Shown piece by piece: positions 23,100 to 36,500 of a stretch of 64,000 bases of DNA. The first letter of the stretch is position 1. The number at the start of each line of letters is the position of its first letter. The translations under genes and the position numbers were made by a program. This DNA is from Podarcis filfolensis. Lineage: Eukaryota. The notes beneath the pieces were generated by a model that was not told where the DNA came from, did not search any database, and saw only the letters and a list, made by a program, of their open reading frames with translations. The stretch lies in assembly GCA_964270895.1 (NCBI GenBank), contig OZ185439.1. One strand, 5' to 3'.

Positions 23100-26000
23100 C
23101 CTCTCAGAGGAAATACAGCAATATTTCGAAGCAGGGCTCCTTTACACATTGCATTTTTCTCTGTATAGGGTTGTCTGTGGCACAAATGTGTGTTTGTCTC
23201 ATTGTGGGTGTTGTACAAAAAGTGATGATGCTTGGAACAAATCTAAGCCAGTGGCATTTGCAGGGCAAGGGTACAAGACTGAGAAAGCAGTATTTGAGGA
23301 TGAATGTCGGAACTAAATGAATTAAAAAGAAACCCCCACTCCACAAAAAGTTTTAGTATTTATGCTTGGTCAAGTTCAAGTTTGGGAAATGGTCACTGGG
23401 AGACACGTAACCTAGAATTGTTAAATATTACTTTGCATCAGTTGTAGATTAGATTTTAGAACTTTTCATTAGAGCTATTTTATATCTCTGAAACCACATG
23501 CAACTTTGAAAGTGTGACAATTGACTCCAGATACCAGTTTTGTTACTAACAGATAACTTTTGGGGTGGAAGGCTTCTGAGATTATTCCCCAGCAATTTAT
23601 TGATGGCATCTTTAATCAGCCTGTTTCTTTCATTGTTTAGAGGAAATATGGTGGTATTTTCTCAGGTTTTTGAGTCTGACCTATTTTACTTCATATTGGG
23701 CAGGAGAGCTTTTTAAACCAATTACACCAAAGCACTTTAGTACTTGGGGAGAATTCTGGAATATATTATGGAACATACTGCTTCATAAAGTACATTGAGC
23801 TGAGCCAAACCTTTTAGAATCTCGATTGTCATGCCAAAATTTGCATCTTCAGCTGCGGTGAACTTTTTTTGTCTTTCAAAACAGGACGTGTATCTCTACT
23901 TTTCACCCAAATCCTGGGCACTAATCACTTTTGGTTTTAAATACTCGTGGGAGCTATATATTCCCTGAGCTTGTCTGGCCTGTGTTGACTTCTGATTCTG
24001 ATTCATCTTGCAACAAAAAACCTTTCTGCTCTTCCTTCCTTTTTTGACTTCTTTTAGGTGATAGTGATGGGAGCTACCAATCGCCCTCAGGATCTTGACT
24101 CAGCTATTATGAGAAGAATGCCCACACGATTTCATGTCAATCAACCTGTAAGTCATAGAAGATTCACAGCCGTGAATTGTATGGCCTGACTCCTCAGTTA
24201 TCTGTTGACCATTATTATTTATTATTTATAGCTACTTTTCTGACCAAAGGATCCCTAAGACAGTATACAATATACTGATAAAAATGTAATACAATCTAGG
24301 AGTTTAAAAAAAGGTTAAAGTTCCTTCCCCTGGAGTTTATTGTCCCAGCCAGTCCTAGTTCTTCCTTGAAGAGGGAAGGGAACTTTGGGCGCTGCTAATG
24401 GGGGGAGAGTAAAAGCCTATTGCTTCAAGGGGTAGTCCTCACTTACTTTTGAAGATTGTGAATACATGACCACTCTGCTGTCCTTCTGTAGCCCCAGTGA
24501 CACGAATGGGAATTGCACAAGCGTGATGCCGTGCCATTACAGCACATCAATTTCTGTTTATCCAAAATCAGTGAGAATACTGACACCCTGTTCTTTGTAA
24601 CAAATGTTTTGTTCTCAATTTAAAGGCACTGAAGCAGAGAGAGGCAATCTTGAAGCTGATTTTGAAGAATGAGAATGTAAGTCGGTTGTTTCTTATGCAG
24701 CAGAACTTGGAATGGTTTGCATTATTGGAAGGGCTGTAGGATCCGTAATGGCTTCAGCCAGCTATTGCATCCCAGTCACGGTGCTTAATTTTCTCTAATG
24801 GATGCCGGTTAAGCTGAAAGGGCACAGCTTTCACTGTGGGTTATACCCATAGCCTTTTGTTGTTGCTGCTGTTTGCTAAAGTCCATGTTGGAACAGAATC
24901 GGTTGTGATAACGTTTCTTAATCCTCCTTCAATCTGAACCGCTGTTAGAACTTGGTAAAATGTTTTCAAGGCATTCATATGCTGCTGCTTGTTTGCTGGT
25001 AGGTGGACAGGCGTGTCGATCTCCTTGAAGTTGCTAAGGAAACAGACGGGTTCTCAGGAAGCGACTTGAAGGAAATGTGCCGTGATGCCGCGCTGCTCTG
25101 CGTCAGGGAATATGTTAATTCAACATATGAAGACAGGTAACTTTCATTGAAACTACAGAGATTTTTAATATGATCTCTAACTTTAAAGTGGTTTTTTAAA
25201 AACAGAAATCATAGACTCATAGCATTGTAGAGTGGGAAGGGGGGGAGTACCAAGGGTCATCTAGGCCAACCCCCTGGAATGCAGGAATCTTTTGCCCAGT
25301 TTGGGGCTCGAACCCAGGATCCTGAGATTAAGAGCCTCGTGCTCTACTGACTGAGCTATCTCAGGATGTTGTATTGGAAAGTACAACTTCACATTTAGTT
25401 AAATGTACACAGAGTACAAAGGGACGCGGGTGGTGCTGTGGGTTAAACCACAGAGCCTAGGACTTGCTGATCAGAAGGTCGGCGGTTCGAATCCCCACGA
25501 CGGGGTGAGCTCCCGTTGCTCGGTCCCTGCTCCTGCCAACCTAGCAGTTCAAAAGCACATCAAAGTGCAAGTAGACAAATAGGTACCACTCCAGCGGGAA
25601 GGTAAACGGCATTTCCGTGCGCTGCTTTGGTTCGCCAGAAGTGGGTTAGTCATGCTGGCCACATGGGAGCTGTACGCCGGCTCCTTCAGCCAGTAAAGCG
25701 AGATGAGCGCCGCAACCCCAGAGTCGGCCACGACTGGACCTAATGGTCAGGGGTCCCTTTACCTTACACAGAGTACAACAAAAACCGGAATGACATCCTT
25801 CCTATCCCTTCACTTTCCCTGGTGGGATCCGTGTGCGCCTGAGGCAGGAACAGTGTGCACATCTCTCTGCCTATGGGAAGCAGAATATTCACTAATTCCA
25901 CATTGGACTTTACAGAGGAGTTCAAAGAACAGGAAGCGAGAGTCATTCAAAGAACTCACCTTTTATATGTACTGTGTTCTTTGTGTGTTTCCTTTCTGAT

Positions 26001-26189
26001 GATTAAACTACCATGCTTGTGTTGCACAGCATTTAAATCCTCTTTACGCTTTTTGGGGTTTTTTTTAGTAATGAAGAAGATGAAATTCGACCCGTGCAGC
26101 AGAGGGATCTGAACCGGGCAATTGAGAAGATGAGGAAGTCCAAGGATGCTACAAATCAGAGTGTTCTAATGCACGTTAGTTTAGATTAA
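17047..26189 (+). CDS. ATAD1: ATAD1 (outer mitochondrial membrane AAA+ dislocase, Msp1/Thorase), 361 aa, 9 coding exons
   Basis: join(17047-17208,18876-18974,19544-19664,20785-20985,22177-22283,24058-24147,24626-24676,25003-25136,26069-26189) = 1086 nt, all GT-AG, frame intact. N-terminal TM anchor, Walker A GPPGCGKT, Walker [27 protein letters not shown]. Confidence 0.98.
18876..18974 (+). CDS. ATAD1: ATAD1 coding exon 2 (AEKLMKQ...DPLSMH)
   Basis: 99 nt, TATAG| ... CAC|GTAAGC. Confidence 0.97.
19544..19664 (+). CDS. ATAD1: ATAD1 coding exon 3 (VTWNDIAG...QPPK)
   Basis: 121 nt, CAG| ... AAAG|GTAAGT. Confidence 0.97.
20210..20318. mobile_element. Short palindromic non-autonomous DNA element (hAT-type family)
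   Basis: GACTACATTTCCCATCA...TGATGGGAGTT internal inverted arms; same family as 39638-39764. Confidence 0.55.
20785..20985 (+). CDS. ATAD1: ATAD1 coding exon 4 (Walker A and B)
   Basis: 201 nt, [12 protein letters not shown]...IIFIDEI. Confidence 0.98.
22177..22283 (+). CDS. ATAD1: ATAD1 coding exon 5 ([18 protein letters not shown]...YNCQ)
   Basis: 107 nt, CAG| ... CAA|GTAAGT. Confidence 0.97.
24058..24147 (+). CDS. ATAD1: ATAD1 coding exon 6 ([10 protein letters not shown]...VNQP)
   Basis: 90 nt, TAG| ... CCT|GTAAGT. Confidence 0.97.
24626..24676 (+). CDS. ATAD1: ATAD1 coding exon 7 ([17 protein letters not shown])
   Basis: 51 nt, AAG| ... AAT|GTAAGT. Confidence 0.96.
25003..25136 (+). 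CDS. ATAD1: ATAD1 coding exon 8 ([12 protein letters not shown]...YED)
   Basis: 134 nt, [11 protein letters not shown] motif. Confidence 0.97.
25208..25360 (-). mobile_element. Short tRNA-derived SINE with CR1-like tail (Squam3-like)
   Basis: Minus strand GATAGCTCAGTCAGTAGAGCAC (A box)...GGGTTCGAGCCCC (B box), ending in CTATGAGTCTATGATT tail repeats. Confidence 0.75.
25421..25764 (+). mobile_element. Sauria SINE
   Basis: GGGACGCGGGTGGTGCTGTGG head, GGTTCGAATCC B box, CCTTTACCTT tail; 14-bp TSD TACACAGAGTACAA (25406-25419 and 25765-25778). Confidence 0.92.
26069..26189 (+). CDS. ATAD1: ATAD1 last coding exon (NEEDEIRP...HVSLD*)
   Basis: 121 nt, ends with TAA at 26187-26189. Confidence 0.97.
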
Positions 26190-28320
26190 GGCTAAGGAAT
26201 GCCCTCACACGGTCTCATTTGGTGACTGTTTTTTGTCGTTTAGATAGTGGAAATGAATTGGAAGCAGAAATATCCTTTTAATAAGTGTTGACAGAATTGT
26301 TTTTTTATATGCAGATATCTTAAGTTATTGAAATCTGATAATATTGCAAAATTGGATATGGCCTCTGTAACAGATCATGACATGGGAGAATGTAGTCTAG
26401 CTCGAAAACAATGTCTTGCTTCATGGTTTCAGCCTTAAAAGCCTGTTGGTTGGTTCAAGTATGGCACATTGTTTCTTTGGGGAGGAGCAAACTCAGTTCA
26501 TGTACATATATGTATGAGTGTGTGTATGATATGTATATATATATATATATATCCACACAGTTTTTATATATAGACATAATGTGTAGATAACTTGAATATG
26601 AAAAGCCTTCTCTCTCTTTTTTTTTCTTTTCCCTCTTTTCCTTAAAAAAAACAACCTCATTTTCAGGATCAAACCAAGTCAGGGGATTAAAATATTTCAG
26701 TAAACATCTATTTTTTGTGTAGTACCTTAATATGAAGGAAGAAAACCTGCTTCAGGAAAATAAATTTCTGGAATGCAGACAAATTTGACTTCTTCCATTT
26801 AACTTATGGTATCCACTGGTGCCAATCAGTTTAGGTAGAAAAAAACACATAATGCCTCGTGAACCTTTTGATTTTATAAGAATCCAATACTTTTTTTTTT
26901 AATAACTTTTTTTATATGGTCACATGATAACCATTACGGAACATCAGTAACTGCATATTACCAAAATTTATTTTTCTACTTCTGAATTTCTGAACTTCAA
27001 AGACCTGGAGGGCTCCTATTGCTGAAGTTCCTTTATCACTGTAAGACTATATTGTCTCACTTGCTGGTATCTATAAGTGGTCACAACATTATAACATTAA
27101 GTACAATGATCTTAAACATTTGCTTCATTTAATTTCTCCCCTACCTTTGCTCCATTGAGAAGCTCTCCACAGGTCTTCTAGTGGATAGAGGGAATGACAT
27201 AACATTCAGATATTCTTTAGTAATGGTGAGGTGGCATTTCAGCATTAAGACTAAAATTTTGTTCACCCTTAAAGCTGTTCAATGGTCATATGAATCCACA
27301 CTAATCAAAGTAGCCAATTACCCAAAACAGTCACAGCCTTCGTAAGTTGGGTTTTTTTTTTAGTAATTGAAATGAGTGTTGAAAAAGATGCGTAAAAAAA
27401 CTGATGAAGGGAATGATTAATTCTAGACTTCCCTCAACTCGTTTTATAACTTGATTATGGTTATTCTTGCAGGTGCTATTTTGGGCACAACAGGTTTATA
27501 TAAAATGCAGAATGTTCCTGCATCTCAGCTCATAGGCTTGCATTTTCTTTCAAAGAAGGAAGTTAGCAAATGGTTTGTGGCTAAATAAAACCAAGTGCAG
27601 TGCAGGTTTCAGGTCAAGATCCAGAGGGGCTTGTGGGTGTGGGTTTATAACCTGTGTTTACATCACTTTTTCTCAGTTTTCTTCCCAGAAGGAGCCTGTA
27701 AGAAAATCCCCAGATCCGTTTTACTATTTGGGTTAGATTGAATAGGTGTTTGAGGTTTTGCATGAAGCATTTCCTTCTTTAAGGGGAAATATTGCTGCAG
27801 TATGTGATTTCTTTTACTCCGTTTGTCTTTCAAAACCTCTCTCATCCAGTCCCAAAATGGTTATTGGGGACGATTTTGTGGAACAACTTCTAGAGGAAAA
27901 TCCTGATGCTTATTTATGTGTTCCTCTGGATTTCAGCCATGTTTTGTCTGAAATGTTGTTACTTGTTCTTGCAGCTAGTATCTACCGATACATCTGTGTT
28001 ACTGAATCCTTTTAAGAGCTGTTTATGTGAGCTGCTTTTGCAAAACTGAATCCTTGGACACTGGAGTGCATAGGTAGAATTATGACAAAAGTACTGCTTT
28101 GTACAGTCTGTCACCTGTCAGTTCCTTTTGATAATCATGAGTGTCTATATTTTGAAAGAGTGAATAGCATTTTTCTGTTCATGCCCTTCATTTAATTTTT
28201 CTGAATTTCATTAAAAGCACAGAATTCAAAATCAGTATAATTATCTGAGCACCTCATAGGCGTGCTGTTTGTTTCTACCATTTCCTATTGCTTGTGAATA
28301 AAAAGGTCACACAAATTGAG
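26190..28320 (+). other. ATAD1: ATAD1 3' UTR with candidate poly(A) signals
   Basis: Repeat-poor AT-rich stretch; AATAAA at 26759, 27584 and 28297. The true end is not determinable from sequence alone. Confidence 0.55.
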
Positions 28321-30024
28321 CTAAACCTCCAAATAATGAATTCATATCAGAAAATTTGTGCCTTAAAAAAAAAGAATTATGACCATTTTCTGCAAAAATA
28401 AGAAGTTGTCAGTGTATTGTTCCTGCTTGCATTCTACCTAATATGTTAATTTACAATTTTGTTAACTCAGGCGCAAAGCCGCCCCAAATAATAGAAGGTG
28501 TGCCATTCAACAGGAAGGTTCCCCCCCAAAACCAAGTGAAAGGCTTTATTGAATCCCTTTTTCCAGTTATTTTCAATGGCCAATTTTCCTGAAGGAAAAT
28601 CGAATTTCGTTTGCAATTGCTAGGCTCCAAAGGTAGTAGCAGCTCAGGAAACTCAGCAGCGTCTCTCTGCATGCACAGAAATACTAAGTGTCCCTACAAG
28701 TCTCTTTGGATCCTGCTCAGTATTCCTGTGATTTCTAACAACAGAGCCTTTGAAACAAGAAACCTAGCTATATCACTATATGTGATACATTATTTGGAAA
28801 TTTCAAAGTGTTTGTGTCCTGTGTGTCCCATCCCCCCCACTGCTTCTCCCATTGTGCTTGTTTGCTGGGCATGATTTAGACTGGTTGAGGGCAGTAAACC
28901 ATACAAAGATTTTAAATTACTAATGCAACATAAATTGGACCATTCTGCCATAATAATTCCCAGAACAATTCTTCGGGCATTTATCCTTCCAAATAATTCT
29001 TTTATACTTATATTTCTACCTGCTTTGTCACTGCATGTTCTGCACGTTCATCTCTTGTCTGCCGGTATGTCTCTAGCTTTCCAGCCAGTGACTTAATTCT
29101 TCACTATACGTGTAGATTCTGAAGTTGCTATACTAAGTTGTTATTCGCAGCATCCTTTCCCCACCCTCTCTCACTACATAGGATCAGGTTAAAGTTTCTG
29201 GTTACTTCCTCAAAAAGGAGAGATGCCCCAGTCCAGCAGATGTCTGCCTGAGTTTTGGGTACTTCTCTCTCTCCGTTAAAAATCAGGCAAATCACATTTT
29301 CTCTGGATTGAAGTCTTTACTGTGATAACATTGTTTTATTTTTTTATTGCTCCCTCAAATACCCCAGTAAACCCTAACAATGTTTTTTTGCCTTTTTGCT
29401 GAAACAACTGCCTTCACTGCAACCAAGCCATCTCTTCCTTACATTAATTTCAACTTAATGCTCAGCTCGTTTGCTCCACGTTTTTCAAGGCTTAGTCTTA
29501 AGCAGTATCCAGTCACTTATTCTGGAGAAATCTTTGTGGAGCTTTTCAGCCCACTTGGGATTTGTTGTTGTTGTTGGTGGTGGCGGTGGAATTGTCAAGT
29601 TATGCTGCTTCATGGCTTACCCTACTTCTTGGAACACTGTAGATTGATTCAGCAACCTTTTTTTGCACAGTGAAAAAACGTTTGAACACCTTTCCCCTGT
29701 ACCATGCACTTAACATGTGAGGTTGGGGTTCATTGTGTGCACCTCTTGGAAAAGAGACAGAGAAAAGATCAGGTGTACATGTCATGTACCATGTAGCTGT
29801 ACATGGAGCTCCTGCCGTGTGTGTGTGTGTGTGGAGGAGGAGGAGGAGGAGGGAAGGAGTCTATACTTGTTTCTCCAACACACAAAGATGTCTAAAGTGG
29901 ACCTGCGAACAGTAGTTTTGTGGGTGGCCATTGCTTATCCTTCCTCGTTTTGAAAGCTGAAAAGTTGTCTTTCTTTTCACAATTTTTTCCCATTTGCTTG
30001 AGGAAGCTTTGCTTTGGTGAGTTA

Positions 30025-30191
30025 CCATATTTTTCTGTCTATAAGACACCCTCATGTATAAGACGGCCCCTATTTCTGGGGACTCATATTTAAGAAAATG
30101 GGAGGATACATCCGTGTATAAGATGCCCCCTAATTTTTGACATTATTTTTTAGGGGGGGGGAGACCTAGTCTTATGCGCGGAAAAATACGG
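30025..30191. mobile_element. Tc1/mariner (pogo/Tc2-like) MITE
   Basis: TIRs CCATATTTTTCTGTCTATAAGAC...GTCTTATGCGCGGAAAAATACGG flanked by TA. Confidence 0.85.
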
Positions 30192-31254
30192 TACTTAACA
30201 TATAAGCAACGAACAAAGTGCTTTGTCTCTAAGGCACACCTGCTCCTACCTGAATGCAAAGCAGAGTTCCTTGGGTCTCAGGAGAAAACAATACAGCTAC
30301 TACTGTTAACCAAGAATTGTTATCTGTATGGTCCCAACCCCCAAATCCAAAAAAAATATGTTGTGACAAATGAGACTGGCCTTGGCTGTGTTTAAATGGA
30401 TGACGAAGCAATAAGCTTGATGATGATTGTAGCAAAACATTTGCAACTGTGCTTTTTTTTTCTGTGTGCTGCTGCAGCAAAAACATTTTCCACATGGTTT
30501 TTAGGATCAAGCAAAAGTACACGTATTAATGGTGAAATGTAAATGAGGGGGAAAGAAATAAAACTCTTATCTGGCCTCCTTTCGAAGTCCAGCTCCGTCT
30601 TTGTGTTCCATTTCATTTCCCAAGAAGATTCTTCCGTTAGGGTGGTATTGCCCCCCCCCCCAAGTAAGAGGCAAACTGCACACAAATGTAATGTTCATCT
30701 TGTAAAAGAAGCTGTGGGTGGCCTTGGGCGGAGGTGGGGGATAGAGGTCTAGCCCCTTCTATCTGTGTTGCTGTGAGCTCTGCTCCAGATCCCCCTGCTT
30801 GAGTTGCTGCTGTTAGTGTGTTCAGGATTACAGTCTTCAGCCTGCATCTTTCCCCTACCATTGCAAAGGTGTAAAGTTGGTTGAGCATAATAAGATTTTG
30901 CAGTGCAGCTTTATTCAGTAGTAAGCTTTTCCCTCAGTGACTAGCAAGACTAGAGCAGCACCTGGTTTAGCACGGCTCTCTCCCTGCTGCCATTATAATC
31001 CAAATTAGGAAGTCCCATACCTTTTATAAAAAGAAACTTGCATTGGAGTGATGGCAAGCAGAATGTTGATGGATTTGAGTTAATGACGTTTTGAATTAAG
31101 TTTGCCTCCTTGAATGCCCGAGCATAATTTGTACGACCCTTGTAGAAAGTTGTAATGTTGGCCTCCCCAAAGCCCTTTGCTTGTCTTTTCAAAATTCAGG
31201 AGAATTATTGGTTTCCTTTTGCAACTTATTTCTGACCCTTTATTTGAGCTCATA

Positions 31255-31672
31255 GTGTTTCATTCAGGCTGGAGGACTGTCTCTTGTTCTGAGTGTTACA
31301 CTGTGAAATTCGTAAGCAAACTGGAATGGATTGACAGGAGGGCAACAAAGATGGTCAGCTGCCTGGAAAGCGAGTCTGATAAGGAAAGGCTGAAGGAACT
31401 GCGTGTGGTTTTCCCAGAGAGGACTATGATGGCATTCTTAAAAATACTTGAAGGGCTGTCTCATAAAAGAGGCTTTGTTTCTGCTACTAGAGGGGGCAGA
31501 GTAGATCTAATGGACTTAAGGTTCAGGAGGGTAGCTTTCAATTGACCATTAAGTTCTCCTATCCGTAAACTCAGTTCAACAATGGACCAGTTGTCTAAAG
31601 GGATGGCGAAGTCTGCCTCACTAGAGGGCTTTAAGGTGCATCTGGACAGCCATCTCTTGGGAGATGTTCTAA
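31255..31672 (+). mobile_element. Degraded CR1 LINE 3' fragment
   Basis: Translates as KLEWIDRRATKMVSCLESESDKERLKEL, resembling the CR1 ORF2 C-terminus. Confidence 0.75.
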
Positions 31673-31689
31673 ACCAGCTTTTCTCAGCC

Positions 31690-31812
31690 TGGTCTCTCAG
31701 ATGGTGTTGGGACCAACTCCCATGAACCCAAGCCAGTGTGACTCATGGCTGAGGACGATGGCAGTTGTAGTCCAAAGAACGTGGAGGGCACCAAGTTGGG
31801 TGAGGCTGCTCT
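31690..31812. mobile_element. Short palindromic non-autonomous DNA element (hAT-type family)
   Basis: CAGCCTGG...CCAACTCCCATG...GATGGCAGTTGTAGTCC...CCAAGTTGGGTGAGGCTG inverted structure. Confidence 0.6.
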
Positions 31813-33599
31813 AAACTGGACTTTCCAGCTCCAGCAAGAAGTTGACAAGATTCCTCCAACTCTAATCTTACCTGTAATTATGGCCCGACACAGCAGTTTT
31901 GCCTGGGTGCATATTAATTACATGCAAATGCTATTTAAATCCTGCTTTCAGAGTGCAGGATCTAATATCAGTTCCTCTGGATGGAGACCAAAAGCATAAT
32001 ATATGTTCTTGTGCCAGTAAATGCTGTTCTTATCAGCCCTGCCTTGTGATTTCTGGAATCTCAATGAACCTGAGTGTTCTAGGGCTTGCCAGGCAGCTGC
32101 CACACCCTGCTGCCTGTGCACAAGCAATGCCAGCAGGAAGGAATTTGGGGTCTTGTGTGTTGTTGAGAAATCAGGTCACCTTGAGTGGCACTCCTCTTTT
32201 AACACGCTCTGTACTAGAGTTTCCTGTATACTCTCTGTCCTAAAGGAAGGCTGGAGTCAGTATCACTGTTCCGAATATACCTTGTTTCATTTTAACACTG
32301 CTTCTGAGTGTATCGCAAGATCCGGACACCCTAGAAAGGGAGATATGTTTGCATAAACTTGTTTGAGCACAATCTTCAATTTAGCCCCCATTTTCTCCCT
32401 CATGGTAGTAAGTGCCAGATGGTACTAAGGCCAGATGCCTGAGTAAAGTTCACAAACATACCTACTTCTGGTCTCAGACATCCCTTGTAAAGAAATCTGT
32501 GGTATTACAGAGCTCTAGAGCTTAAAACACTTAACCTTGTCCAAAAGGTGCTTGTTGTCCTTCAAGTGAGCAGTTAAATCTCCAAAGTGTGTACATGGAA
32601 AAATAAATTCCACTCCCCCCCCATCTCATTTTTCATTAAAGAGGAGCTCTTTTTTCTCCCTTAAAAGAATTATTTAAGCCACTAGAGGTCTTGGACCATT
32701 TCATGCTGATTTGCTGTGTGACTTTTACATATGGCAAGGCACAAGAGCAGGACTCAGGTTAGCACACCTCCCCTCACCGTATGTCAAAAGCCTACTGCCT
32801 GGATTGGACTTTTACGTACATCCTTCCATGCATCTATGCCTCACCCACCTGTGGTGGATGACGGAGCATAGGGACTGGACATATCTGCATGCGTGTTTCA
32901 AGCCCAGTCCCTTCTGCACATTCTTGGGCTGCCCAAGCACAACCTGTCATGTGCAAACTGGTTATTTGAATGTGAGACAAGTGGGGAATAAGTGGAGAAG
33001 AGCTGGGTTTGTAGAACATGTAACCCAATTTCAGTGCAGAGCCCACCCTACCTGAAGCTCCAGTCTCATTCCATATAGCCATCTTCCCCCTTCAAACCAG
33101 GTTAAAACCAGGTTACTTCATTCCAGTGATAGTGTTGCCATAACGAAGCAGCAGGGGAAAATCAGCTGCCAGAGGTTTCTGTCTCGCCTTTGGGTTTTTT
33201 CCTCAGCTCTCTCTGTGCTTCTGCTCAGTACTTCTGAGACACTTCCATGGAATCATCTTACTGACTCTCCTTTTGATTTAAAATACTTAACATCATGCTT
33301 TTTAGCAAAAGCTTGCCATGTGATTGCTTCCTATTCTGTTCTCGGCCTTCACTCTGCACACCCGATTTGTTCCTGTCTCCATCTTGCCTTCCTAGTAACA
33401 GCACATAGCTGCCTATGTAAATGAAGCTTCACTTTCTTCCAAGTTGGACTCTGACAACATTCTGCCACTGGCAACTTCACACTGAGCATGACACAGTGCC
33501 ACACAGAACATTCCATGACATCACAGCATCTTAGCCAATGGCTTTTGGGGTTGCAGACAGTAGGCAGCAGGCTTTGGCCTTCGATAAATAAGAAATGTC

Positions 33600-36500
33600 A
33601 GGAAATAGTTAAACATAGAAATATTTATTGATATTAAAAGCAAATTCTAGTAGTAGAATACGAAATTCAGAAGACATTTTAATCAAGATATATATATATC
33701 AGTTAAGGCATACATTCCAGTCTTGTGTCTGTAATAAATATGCTATAAAATATTACAGAATATTCTTCTTTTAACTATTTAAAAGGAGTAGTACCCCATA
33801 TATATTTGAACTAATGGCAATGGATATAGTAGTATAAGGTTAAAAAGAAAAGAAATATATAAACACTATTTAAAATATCAATTAAATTATAAAATGGCAA
33901 GATCGTTTCTATCTTCAAGGTCCCTTCCAGAGGGCTTGGATACAAAAGGCACTCTTGTTAATATACATTAGCTGATTTTCAATCTCTAGTTAATTCATTG
34001 CGGTTTGGTGCAGATCCCATGCAGCCTGTTGTACAGCAAAAACAGCTGATTCTCTCTGCCCAGTGGCTGCATTTGTTTCACACAAGTTGTAAGAACACAT
34101 GGGCTGTATCTGACCAAGTCATCCCATCAGCCCAAGGACTTCTGCTTGCACAACAGAACTTCCCCTTCCTCTTCCTGAATGCTGCCGCACCCCCAACCAC
34201 AAATCTGTTCTGGAGTTTTGGAGGAACCACCAGAACAGATCTGGGATGCACAGGGGGAGGAGGAATTCCAGTGCACAAGCAAAAGTCCTTGCGCCAACAG
34301 AACAACTTTTGGATGCAGCCCTACTATACTTTTAGGGTTTTTGTCATGAGGATTCCAAAACTTTAAAAGCTGGAACCGTTAAAAGGCATTCTCAAATACG
34401 ATTTTGAGACGGTAAAGATGCGTTTGTTGCATGATTGCTACAGGAAATAAGAACATCATTTCACAATCTTTAGAAACCTTATTATTTCATTCCTAGATAA
34501 GACAGATGGAGAGGCAGATCCTTTTTTTAAGTTTGCAATTTGTATTGACTTAAAACACTTGGCCAAAGTTTGGGCGCAATCCGGTCCATGCCCTGGCCTA
34601 GGGCCTCTGTTGGGCCAGCTCAGCTCTCAACATGTTGGGAGGAAAACTTATCATCAGAAGAAGAGCAGGAAGGGAGGGAGTCCCACATATGCAATCTGCT
34701 CCCATGGGAGAAGGGTTTGGTCCCCGTGTATTGTCATTAACCTGTTATATTCTTAACTTTTACAGCAACTTTACATACACAAGTACTGCCTGTTTCTGTG
34801 CTCTGTCCCTTGTATGACTGAATAACATTCAGATCAGGTGGATTTGGTGAAATTGACTTCAATGGGTTTGTGTTATCTTAAATCCAACTACTACTACCAC
34901 CAGCATTTTGTGAATTCTGCAGATAAGCTGTCCTCTTCTCCAAGACAAATAGATGGGACTCTCTCTGCTAAATCTATGGTTCCTCTTCTAAATCTATGGA
35001 TGCTTTTCATGACCAAAACACATGCTACGGTTCCAGAATCTGTAATTCGAATGTAAAACCTACGTGGGCTACAAAATACATTTCTCTTTGTATTCCATAT
35101 GAACAATGTTCACATGTGGAAGAAATTAAGGCAGCAATCCTATACTCACCTGAGTGTAAGCGGCATTAAACTTAATGAGACTTCTGAGTTAGCATGCATA
35201 GGAATGCACTGTTAAAAAAGGCATTTTTAGCAGACTAGGGAACTATTTAGTTACTATTCTGAAAGAATAAGGTAGACTGATACCAGTGTGCTAGCTCTTG
35301 TGCCTAACTCAGTGTTGGGCTTCAAGTGCCTTTTTTATTTTAACTACAGCAGTTAAGATTGAAGAAAAGGAATATATCCTGCTTTCTCCCCCCCCCATGC
35401 TAAAGTCTCACAATAAATTTAATATGCAGTCACAATCGACTGAAGCACTGGCACAAACAACCACTGCTTTTGTAAGCGTATTAATATTTGTATAACAAAT
35501 CGTGTTTGCACTCGAATGCCTAGATCACATTTCGGAAGAACCTTAGATTAACCAGAAACCTCAATGAGGTTTAGTACAACTATTGCTAAATTGTGAGAAT
35601 ATGACTAGCAGCTGGAATTCCCATACAGCCCCAGGGATGGCTGATCTGTTCTGCATTATGGAACCATCTTTGCCAATACAACATCCAGTCTGCATTCATG
35701 AAGGCTAGGGATTCACTTAAAAAGCTTGGATTCAATAAAAGTTCCAGGCTGTTCCAAAGAGCTTCACATATTGAATGTGGCAGACAAACCTCAGCAATGG
35801 ATTCATGGTATCAACTTCAGACCACAACACCCTAGTTCCCTCACGGCACCTGCAATGTTTACCATCCAATGTGTAAAAATCTAGGAGTTCAAAAGTAGAA
35901 CAATGATCAAACCTGCGACGTTGGATTTATCAGCATCATGCTCTAACCAACTGAGCTGTACAGCGAATTTTCTGCCTCACGTGCCAAAATAACTTGACTG
36001 GCTTTGGATACTATGCACTTTGAACTGGAAGGCAGGGCACTGTTTGCTGTTCTGCCTCAAACAACAAAGTGCTCTGAGCTGGCCCTGCAACCCCTGCTAA
36101 GTGTTAAATCAACTTCCCAGGACTCTCCAAATTGCTTGCAACAGTTTGAAAATTGATTTGAGATGATGGGAGAAATCTGGTGTGGAATTATGAGGGTTTC
36201 TGCAGATGAATCAGGATGCTGGTGTTTATTAATAATCACCATAATTTAAAAAACAATGTCACATCAACCCGCTAAAAGGGATATGAAAGGCCATGCCAAA
36301 GTTAGGCAGAAGGTAAACTTCCCATTTAGTGCTGCTCAGGAGGAGGAGGAGCAAAAGTTCTACTTAATTGCATTGAGCAAGCTGGGAATGAATTAAAAGC
36401 AACAAAGAAGAACAGATAAATAACTCCAAATTTTTTCAGCTGCATAATTCTGCACAGTTCAGACAACCTCTTTCGAAAGGCTGTGATAAATCAATATATG

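Noticed and set aside
25208-25360. tRNA-like A/B boxes as a tRNA gene
   Set aside because: The head continues into a CR1-like tail and lacks a complete acceptor stem, so it is a SINE. The same applies to the other tRNA-like heads in the window.
31177-31545. 122-aa ORF in the ATAD1-PAPSS2 intergenic region
   Set aside because: Decayed CR1 ORF2 C-terminus, not a host gene.
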